Notes under the pieces: generated by a model
Told to the model about the DNA's origin: nothing
What the model saw: only the letters and a program-made list of their open reading frames with translations
The model's database searches: none
Program-made: the position numbers and the translations under genes
NCBI RefSeq assembly: GCF_963676685.1
Contig: NC_092352.1
Span: 71,052,001-71,116,000, forward strand
DNA: 64,000 nucleotides
Direction: 5' to 3'
Source of the DNA: Mytilus edulis
Taxonomy: Eukaryota
Shown here: piece by piece, positions 54,298 to 64,000 of the stretch
Numbering within the stretch: position 1 is the stretch's first letter
Layout of the letters: each line of letters opens with the position of its first letter

Positions 54298-54964
54298 CTA
54301 GTTGCAGTATAAATAATTATATTATATGTCTCCACAGGCAATTGTCCTATAATTTGTTTTCCTATGCACAATAACACTGTTATATTAAGGTATATAGGGA
54401 AACAATGAGACAAGTGTCTGTGTATGTCTCTGGTGGGTTGTATTATATGTCTCTGGTATCGCTATACATGCAACTCCTTGCTTTTCATATATGATCATAT
54501 ATTAAACCGTGTGATATTTTGACTTAAGTTCAAATAAAGTATTTCCATGTCGAAACTATACCTTATTCTGACATGTGTGGAAAATGCAGCATATTAGCTG
54601 ATTAGAGCGTACTGGTTTTGGAGTACAAAAACCGATAGTTCGTATTTGAGCATCAGTGCACATACAAAATGTATGCTCTCCTATTTAAAGTTTTTTGTTC
54701 AAAAGAAGCTTTCAACAAGGGTTCTTCAGCTATCCCAAGTCCGTAGGCTTTCATTTGATACCAAAATTACCGAAATATGTTACTTGCTGTTTTGTTTTAA
54801 ATATGTACCTCTGTCTGATCTGGTACTAATCATATATATATATATATATAGTTGTTCAGTTGTTCAGTATACCTATAATCGAACCGAAATACATTGACTT
54901 CTGTTTTAACAATGAAAAATATATATGGATAATAATAGTGACCAATGTGACTCAGACTAACTTA

Positions 54965-55230
54965 AGTTTGGAACTATTGTCTAAAACCTAAATGTTTGGA
55001 ACTGGTCTGACGGTTTGGAACTATTGTCTGAACCCTAAATGTATGGAACGGGTCTGAAACCTAAATGTATACAACGGGGCTAAACCTTAATGTATCAAAC
55101 GGGCAGAAACCTAAAGGCATAAAACAGGGCTGAACCGAAATGTATCAAACGGGCTGGTTCCTAAATGTATAAAACGGGGCTGAACCTAAATGTATCACTT
55201 GAAACGGGCTGAAACGTATCAAAAATGTAT
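54965..55230. repeat. ~26-bp degenerate minisatellite (aacctaaatgtatNNaacgggNctga) within a unit-B-specific insertion (54959-55583)
   Basis: Directly visible; absent at the equivalent positions of units A and C. Confidence 0.7.
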
Positions 55231-56164
55231 GGAAACTTTTCCAACTGTTGTAAACTTTCGACGTCTGAAACTTTATTATTAAAATATATTTATAAAACTG
55301 TTGGAACAGGGTAGAACTAAGGTATGGTTTAACAGCAAACACTCACTGCAATAGTGAGAGATGTGGAACGCAAAACCTTAGCACTAACCCTGTTTATACG
55401 TCTTCTATGGAACCAGAACGGTCTATATCTTCTCAGCAGGTTTCAAACACTTCACTTTGTTTGACTAATCCTGCTACTCGTCTTTAAACATTAACGGTCC
55501 TACGTTTCTATTCTTCTTCTTTCAACGTCTCCGATACGAATGACAAAAAGGGCTGTTTTTATTTGATCAAAACAATAGTTCTGTATAATTACATTTAACA
55601 ACAAGAGCAATTTATTTATCTCGAAGCTAAATAACAACGAGAAGGTCTGAAAAAAAGACGAAACTTATTTCAAAACCAAAAGAGAAAAATCCTGAACATT
55701 AGACATACACAACATAGTTATAACATAAAAAAAATGAGGACTTCATTTTGTAAATATTATATATACAATTTATTTTACAATCATCTTTGACAATCATTCA
55801 TATGACATTTGGACAAATTGTTGTACATGAAGAATTAAACAATAACAGAAGTGACCACTGGCAAAAATTAAAGTGACCATTACTCCAATTAAGCTAGTAA
55901 ATGTATCCTGCAGACAAATATTAACCTTTTAAAGAACATGGAAGATCAAATGTTATAAAAACATGCAACGTCTTAGAATCAAGCACTTCTATCATATTTC
56001 ACTACACGTTTACATCGAAGTATTTAAACGATTCCGTACCAGTGTGACCATTGAAAACATTTTATTAACTTTCGATCATTCAAATTTTTGTATTTCTCGT
56101 AAAACGATATAATTTTATTTCACTTCACATTCGTTTAAAATTGAGAAAAATCAGTATTAATAGG

Positions 56165-58230
56165 ATGCAGGAGGTTGAGGATTTAGTCACACCTAATGAT
56201 ACCTTACAAAGACACACAAGAACGCAGACTGGTAATACACTGCATAAATGTGATGTTAGTGTCAGAGAATTTAGTAAAGGTGTAGAAATGAAGAAACACA
56301 CGAGAACACACACTGGTGGAAACCGTCATGTATGTGATATATGTGGTAAAAGGTGTAGTCAGAATGGTGGTTTACAGATGCACATGAGAACGCATACGGG
56401 TGATAAACCCTATGCATGTGATGTGTGTGGTAAAGGATTTAGGCAGCAAGTTCATTTACAGAGTCACATGAAAACACATACAGGTGGTGATAAACACTAT
56501 ATATGCATGTGATATATGTGGTAAGGGGTTTAGTCAGAATGGTGGTTTACAGAGTCACTTGAGAACACATACAGGTGATAAACCTCATGTTTGTGATGTG
56601 TGTGGTAAAGGATTTAGTCAGAATTGTGGTTTACAGATTCACATGAAAACATATACAGGTGATAAACCCTGTGCATGTGATGTGTGTGGTAAAGGGTTTA
56701 AACGGAATGCTGGTTTACAAATTCACATGAAAACACATACAGGTGATAAACCCTATGCATGTGATGTATGTGGTAAAGGGTTTAGTCGGCAAGGTTATTT
56801 ACGGATTCACATGAAAACACATACAGGTGATAAACCCTATGTCTGTGATGTATGTGGTAAAGGATTTAGTCAGAATGGTAGTTTACAGATTCACATGAGA
56901 ACACATACAGGTGATAAACCTCATGTCTGTGATGTATGTGGTCAAGGGTTTAGTCAGCAAGGTCATTTACGGGTTCACTTGAGAACACATACAGGTGAGA
57001 AATTTATATATAAACTCCATGCATGTGTTGTATGTGGTAAAGGGTTTAGTCGGCAAGGTCATTTACGGGTTCACATGAAAACTAATACAGGTGATAAACC
57101 CCATGTATGTGATGTATGTGGTAAAGCAATTATTGAACTTGGCGAGTTAAAGAGACACATTAGAATACATACAGGTGATAAACCTCATGACTGTGGTGTA
57201 TGTGGTAAAGGGTTCATTCAGCATTATAATTTATAGCTTCATATGAAAACACATACAGGCGATAAAATTCATGACTGTGGTGTATGTGGTAAAGAATTTA
57301 TTCGGTATAGTAGTTTACAGATTCACATGAGAACACATACAGGTGATACACCTCATGTCTGTGATGTATGTGGCAAAGGATTTAGTCAGAATGGTAGTTT
57401 ACATATTCACAAGAAAATACATACAGGCGATTAACTCCGTGAATTTGATGTATGTGGTAAAAGATTAAGTCAGCATGAAAGTTTACAGATATATATGAGA
57501 GCACATACAGATGATTAACTCTATGTCTGTGATGTGTGTGGTAAAGGATTTAGTTTACATGGTAGTTTACAGATTCACACGAGAACACTTGCAGATGATT
57601 AACCTTATGACTGTGATGTATGTGGTGAAGGATTTAGTCAGAATGGTAGTTGACAGATCCACATGAGATAAACCTCGTGCATGTCTTTGATGTGTGTGGT
57701 AAAGGGTTTAGTCGGAAAAATTGTTTACAGATTCACATGAAACACATACAGGTGATAAACTGCATGCATGTGATGTATGTTGCAAACGATTTAGTCGTCT
57801 AAGTAAATTGCAGATCCACATTCAAAGACATACAGGTAACAAACCCCATAAATGTGATGTATGTGGTAAAGGATTTAATCAGCATGGTCGTTTACAAATT
57901 CACACGAGAACACATCCCGTGTCTGTGATGTATGTGAAATAGGATTTATTAGCATGGTAATTTACTGATTCACATGAGAACACATGCAGGTGATTAACCC
58001 CATGTCTGTGATGTATGTGGTAAAGGATACAGATTCACATGCTCGAAAACACATGCAGGTGATGATCTCTGTGAATGTGATGTATGTGGTAAAGGGTTTA
58101 GTCAGCATGGTAGTTTACAGATTCACATGAGAACACATGCAGGTGATAAACCCCATGTCTATGATGTATGTGGTAAAGGGTTTAGTCAGCAAGGTACTAA
58201 ACCGATTCTCATGAGAACACATGCAGGTAA
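56165..58230 (+). pseudogene. Zinc-finger unit C: frameshifted ORF plus degenerate tail
   Basis: ATG at 56165 (MQEVEDLVTP); +7-nt slippage at ~56484-56505; TAG at 57234-57236; dead fingers to ~58230. Confidence 0.8.
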
Positions 58231-59669
58231 CTAGTTGCAGTATACATAATTGTATTATATGTCTCTACAGGTACTTTTCTCAGACTTTGTTTCCCCTATA
58301 TACCTTAACACTGTTATATTAAGGTATATAGGGAAAACAATGAGACAAGTACCTGTGTATGTCTCTGGTTGTATAATGTGTCTCTAGTATCGCTATACAT
58401 GCAACTCCTTGCTTTTTATGTTAAACCGTGTGATATTTTGACTTAAGTTCAAATAAAGTATTTCCATGTCAAAACTAAACCTTATTCTGACATGTGTGGA
58501 CAATGCAGCATATAAGCTGATTAGAGCTACTGGTTTTAGAGTACAGAAACCGATAATTCTTATTTGAGCACAGTGCAAATATGCTCTCCTATTTAAAAAA
58601 TTTTTTTCAAAAGAAGCTTTCAACAAGGGTTCTGCGGCTATCCAAAGTCCGTAGGCTTTCATTTGATATCAAGACTTACCGAAATATGTTACTTGTTGTT
58701 TTGTTTTAAATATGTACCTCTGTCTGATCTGGTACTAATTAGTAGTGCAGTATACCTATTTATAACTGAACCAAAATAAAATGACTTCTGTTTTACACAA
58801 TGAAAACTATATATGGATAATAATAGTGACTATGTGACTCAGACTTTTCCCATTAACACCAGTTCTAATTTGTTAATATCTACTCAAATAAAAAATGTCT
58901 TACCTAAGTGTCTTTCCTTTTGTCATCAGATTGTTTATTGAATATGAATATAAAAGTCTTTGCATCAAATATAAATGAGATTTTTGTCCACATTTTTGGA
59001 ACTAACGGGAAGTTTGTTTTTTATCAAACCGGCATACCTCAATATAATCTGGGACTATTATACTAACATAGTCTCATAGTCTCAGATATAATTACATTTA
59101 TCAAGAGCAATTTATTTATCTCAAAGCTAAATGACTGCGAGTAGGTCTGAAAAAAAAGACGAAACTTATTTCAAAACCAAAAGAGAAAAAAAGCCTGAAC
59201 ATTAGACATACACAACATATATTATTACATAACAAAACCAAATGAGAACTTCATTTTATGAATATTCTATATACAATTTATTTTACAATCATCTTTGCCA
59301 ATCATTCATATGAAATTTGGACAAATTGTTGTACATGAAGAATTAAACAATAAAAGAAGTGACCACTGGCAAAAATTAAAGTGACCATTACTCCAATTAT
59401 GTAAATGTATCCTGCAGACAAATATTAACCTTTTAAAGAACATGGAAGATCAAATGTTATAAAAACATACTAGCAACGTCTGAGAATCAAGCATTTAATA
59501 TCATTATTCACTACACGTTGACATCTAAGTATTTAAACGATTCCGGACCAGTGTGACCATTGTAAAGATTTTTACTTTCGATCATTCGAATTTTTGTATT
59601 TCTTGTAAAACGATATTATTCATTTCACTTCACATTCGTTTAAATTTGAGAACAATCCGTATTGATAGG

Positions 59670-62169
59670 ATGGATGAGGTTGAGGATTTAGTCACACCTA
59701 ACGATACATTACAAAGACACACAAGAACACAGACTGGTAATACACTTCATAAATGTGGTGTTAGTGCCAGAGAATTTAGTAAAGGTGTAACCTTGAAGAG
59801 ACACACGAGAACAAACACTGGCGAAAACCGTCATCATGTATGTGATGTATGTGGTAAAGGGTTTAGTCAGAATGGTAGTTTACAGATGCACATGAGAACG
59901 CACACGGGTGATAAACCCTATGCATGTGATGTATGTGATAAAGGATTTAGTCAGCATGGAAGTTTACAGATTCACATGAGAACACATACAGGTGATACAC
60001 CTCATGTCTGTGATGTATGTGGTAAAGGATTTAGACATCATGTTGGTTTACAGAATCACATGAGAACGCATACAGGTGATAAACCCCATACATGTGATAT
60101 ATGTGACAAAGGCTTTAGTTGAAAAGACGTTTTACAAATTCACATGAAAACACATACAGGTGATAAACCCCATGCATGTGATGTATGTGGTAAAGGGTTT
60201 AGTCGGCAAGGTCATTTACGGGTTCACATGAAAACACATACAGGTGATACACCCCATGTATGTGATGTATGTGGCAAACATTTTAGTCATCTTAGTAATT
60301 TGCAGAGTCACATTCGAAGACATACAGGTGAAAAACCCCATGCATGTGATGTATGTGGTAAAGGATTTATTGAACCTGGCGAGTTTAAGAGACACATTAG
60401 AATACATACAGGTGATAAACCTCATGACTGTGGTGTATGTGGTAAAGGGTTTATTCAGCATTATAATTTAAAGCGTCACATGAAAATACATACAGGCGAC
60501 TAAATTCATGACTGTGGTGTATGTGGTAAAGAATTTATTCGGTATAGTAGTTTACAGATTCACATGAGAACACATACAGGTGATACACCTTATGTCTGTG
60601 ATGTATGTTATAAAGGATTTAGTCAGCATGGTAGTTTACAGATTCACATGAAAATACATACAGGCGATTAACTCCGTGAATGTGATGTATGTGGTAAATG
60701 ATTTAGTCAACATGGTAGTTTTAAGATTCACATGAGAACACATGCAGGTGACAAACCTTATGTCTATGATGTATGTGGTAAAAGATTTAATCAGCATGAA
60801 AGTTTACAGATTCACATGAGAACACATGCAGGTGACTTACTCCGTGAATATGATGTACGTGGTAAATGATTTAGTCAACATGGTAGTTTTAAGATTCACA
60901 TGAGAACACATGCAGGTGACAAACCTTATGTCTATGATGTATGTGGTAAAAGATTTAATCAGCATGAAAGTTTACAGATTCACATGAGAACACATGTAGG
61001 TGACTTACTCCGTGAATATGATGTACGTGGTAAATGATTTAGTCAACATGGTAGTTTTAAGATTCACATGAGAACACATGCAGGTGACAAACCTTATGTC
61101 TATGATGTATGTGGTAAAAGATTTAATCAGCATGAAAGTTTACAGATTCACATGAGAACACATGCAGGTGACTTACTCCGTGAATATGATGTACGTGGTA
61201 AATGATTTAGTCAACATGGTAGTTTTTATATTCACATGAGAACACATGCAGGTGACAAACCTTATGTCTATGATGTATGTGGGAAAGGGTTTACTCAGCA
61301 TGGTAGTTTACAGATTCACATGAGAACACATGCAGGTGACTTACTCCGTGAATATGATGTACGTGGTAAATGATTTATTCAACATGGTAGTTTACACGAG
61401 AATACATGCAGATGATAATTCAAATGTCTGCGTGTATGTGGTAAAGGATTTAATCAGTATGGTAGTTTACACAGTCATACGAGAACACATTCAGGTGATA
61501 AACCTCCTGTCTGAGATGTATGTGGTAAATAGTTTAGTCACCATGGTAGTTTACAGATTCACATGAGAAAACATTCATATGGTTAACCCCATGTATGTGA
61601 TGTATGTGGTAAAGGATAAGTCAGCATGGTAGTTTACAGATTCACCTGAGAACACACTCAGGTGATAAATCTCATGTCTGTGATGTATGCGGTAAAGGGT
61701 TTACTCAGCATTATAATTTAAAGCTTCATATGAAAACACATACAGACGATAAAATTCATGACTGTTGTGTATATGGTAAAGGATTTAATCGTTATAGTAG
61801 TTCACAGATTCACATGAGAACACATACAGGTGATAAACCTCATGTCTGTGATGTATAAAGTAAAAGCTTTAGACAGCAAGGTCATTTACGGGTTCACTTG
61901 AGAACACATACAGGTGATAAATTTATATATAAACTCAATGTATGTGATGTATGTGGTAAAGGGTTTAGTCGGCAAGGTCATTTACGGATGCACATGAAAA
62001 CACATACAGGTGATAAACTCCATACATGTACATGTGATGTATGTGGTAAAGGGTTTAGTCGGCAAGATCATTTACGGATTCACATGAAAACACATACAGG
62101 TGATAAACTCCATGTATGTGATGTATGTGGTAAAGGGTTTAGTCGGCAAGGTCATTTACGGATGCACAT
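59670..62169 (+). pseudogene. Zinc-finger unit D: in-frame TGA at 60120-60122, stop at 60503, long tail interrupted by the LTR
   Basis: ORFs 59553-60122 and 60144-60503 share a frame; the tail contains 168-bp dimer repeats. Confidence 0.8.
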
Positions 62170-62763
62170 TGTTATGATATTGTAATTATTGTATTTATTT
62201 ATGTTGGCCTGATTTGTATTGTGTGGCCTGATAGTTGTTTGCAGAATAATTTTAGAAATGTGCAGTTTAGAAATCTCTGGAACAATTAGAGAATGATTGG
62301 AACTTTCCAGAATGATCATTATAAAAGATGTGTTATATAAACTTCTACCGTTTACTAGAAACTTCCGTTGTAACTTTCTAGGATGTTCCATTATAGAGTG
62401 TTCTAGAATTTTCCTTGACAATTATATATATACAGACACTAAAGTTAAACACACACTCTTGGGTTTGGACTTAGCCATTGATAGACATTAGTATTCACCG
62501 CATTTGGATTGACACTTTAATTCTACAAACAACATCATACTGGATTGTGACCGTAGTAGTGAACGTAATATTCAGATTGGATTCCGAAAGATATCCGGAT
62601 ACAGATAAAGATAAAAGATTGGACTCATATTTTAACAGTTAAGTTAACAGTAATATCTGTGTAATACTTCTTGTAAACTTTTGTATAATAAATATTGTTA
62701 AATTTTACTATTGATTTGTGTCTTTTGTTGGCTACAATTTAAAGGCGATTTCTGGCCGTAACA
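62170..62763 (+). repeat. 5' LTR (594 bp)
   Basis: TGTTA...TAACA termini; TATA-like run at 62423-62432; AATAAA at 62687-62692; followed by the PBS. Confidence 0.88.
62269..62414 (+). promoter_or_regulatory. Cluster of heat-shock elements (inverted nGAAn arrays) in LTR U3
   Basis: Perfect gGAAc-tTTCc-aGAAt at 62299-62313 and gTTCt-aGAAt-tTTCc at 62400-62414; imperfect or partial arrays at 62269-62283, 62357-62366 and 62375-62389. Confidence 0.65.
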
Positions 62764-62768
62764 GAAAT

Positions 62769-62786
62769 TGGGGGCTCGTCCGGGAT
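62769..62786 (+). promoter_or_regulatory. Primer-binding site, tRNA-Pro
   Basis: TGGGGGCTCGTCCGGGAT is the 18-nt complement of the tRNA-Pro 3' end (same as the MLV PBS), 5 nt after the LTR. Confidence 0.93.
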
Positions 62787-62853
62787 CTGAAAATATCTTA
62801 TTCAAAATTTGTTTAGTAATTTTTATTATAAATAGCCAACAAAATTCTACAAA

Positions 62854-64000
62854 ATGGCATTTGATGCTGGTAAACTTTTGAAAACGCCAGACCTGGAGGG
62901 GTTTGATAATTTAAAGAAAGAGGAATTAGTGTTGCTTGCAAAGCATCTGAAATTAGATTTTAAAGTATCTATGAGAAAACAAATTATAAAAAATTTGGTT
63001 ATAGACAAATTAGTTGACGCAAAGGTTTTAGGTGAAGAGGCTCTTGAACTTAAGGTCGAAAATATTGACGCCTTTAAATTAAAACAGCTTGAATTAGAAC
63101 ATGAACTCAAATTAAAAGAACTGGAATTGAAGGAGATGGAGAAAAGAAAAGAAGATGAACTTAAATTAAAACAAGATGAACTTAAATTAAAACAGGCAGA
63201 ACTGGAAATGAAGGAAAGGTTGGAAATGGATAAAAAAGAAAAAGAAGACGAATTTAAATTAAAAGAACTTGAAATGAAGTTAAAAGAACTTGAAATGAAG
63301 GAAAGGCTAGAGATGGAGAAAATGAAAATTGAAATGGTCAAGGAAGAAAGCAACACTAAAGTCCAGCAGAAATCAGAATATTTTGATGCAGCAAAAAATA
63401 TACGTTTGGTTCCCAGTTTTTGTGAAAAAACAGTCGATAAATATTTTCCACAGTTTGAAAAAATTGCTCATAATTTGAGTTGGCCAAAGCCATATTGGAC
63501 TACAATGCTACAAAGTGTTTTGGAGGGCCGCTGAAATATACTCCGCACTTCCATCAGAAAAAAGTTCTGATTATGACACGTTGAAACAGGAAGTTTTGAA
63601 AGCTTATGAGCTAGTACCAGAAGCATATAGACAGAAATTTAGATCTTATAAAAAGTTTGATTCGCAAACCTATGAGGAATTTGCTCGGGAAAAAGAAGAT
63701 CTATTTGATAAATGGCTTACTTCAAAGAAAACAGATAACAATTTTGATAACCTAAGACAATTGATGTTATTAGAAGAGTTCAAACAATGTGTTCATTTAG
63801 ACTTAAAAACACATTTAGACGACAAAACTGTTGGGACAATACATGATGCAGCTGTAATTTCAGATAATTATACCCTTTCACATAAAAGAAGTTTCAAGGG
63901 TCAAAATGTTAATAATTCAAGTGGAAATTACAAAAATCAAAGTACTGAGCGTACTGATAGTAAGCATGTTGCACAGAATAAGAGTCAGTCCAGTTATAAT
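62854..64000 (+). pseudogene. gag: gag (coiled-coil + capsid with SCAN-like domain), frameshift at ~63526
   Basis: ORF 62854-63534 (..IRLVPSFCEKTVDKYFPQFEKIA..W..LQSVLEG) continues in the +1 frame from 63527 to the window end: AAEIYSAL..DYDTLKQEVLKAYELVPEAYRQKFR..FDKWL..LRQLMLLEEFKQCV..AAVISDNY. Confidence 0.85.

Larger units (their letters stand above)
62170..64000 (+). mobile_element. Gypsy/Ty3 LTR retrotransposon (Gmr1-like), 5' part
   Basis: LTR + PBS + gag with SCAN-like capsid; runs off the window. Confidence 0.92.

Noticed and set aside
60120-60122. In-frame TGA as selenocysteine or programmed readthrough
   Set aside because: It falls at helix position -1, where paralogous fingers have CAG/CGG. 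It is most simply a CGA->TGA nonsense change among many other lesions; no SECIS was recognised.
62847-63356. 169-aa Ser/Phe-rich antisense ORF, and similar shadow ORFs over the ZNF and NHL genes
   Set aside because: These are antisense or alternative-frame shadows of low-complexity or periodic coding sequence.
63520-63535. Programmed ribosomal frameshift in gag
   Set aside because: It lies mid-capsid with no slippery heptamer, and expected residues (G-K/R-A) are partly missing. This indicates a small deletion or sequencing error.

Overview
AT-rich eukaryotic (animal) genomic DNA. The repeat landscape resembles a bivalve mollusc, probably Mytilus; this is inferred from recognised repeat families and was not verified by a search. 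(1) 1-38.9 kb: the last 8 coding exons of UTP6 (+ strand, all GT-AG, phases consistent) spread over very large introns. One 13.8-kb intron holds three intronless, same-strand B-box/NHL (TRIM-like) paralogues; another holds an antisense, 5'-truncated Penelope-like RT. The introns also carry MITEs, SINEs, HINE-like elements and a hammerhead-ribozyme (retrozyme) remnant. (2) 40.8-41.8 kb: an intact 11-finger C2H2 gene (- strand). (3) ~43.5-48.9 kb: a putative non-autonomous DNA element bounded by inverted blocks of a palindromic 24-bp minisatellite. (4) 49.0-62.2 kb: four tandem ~3.1-3.5 kb units of an effector-less C2H2 zinc-finger gene. The 84-bp fingers share a homogenised framework but vary and are shuffled at the recognition helix, and long tails of dead fingers are still amplifying. 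(5) 62.17 kb-end: a Gypsy (Gmr1-like, SCAN-type capsid) LTR retrotransposon inserted in the middle of a finger. It has a 594-bp LTR, an exact tRNA-Pro PBS, a frameshifted gag, and a cluster of heat-shock elements directly upstream of the LTR TATA box.
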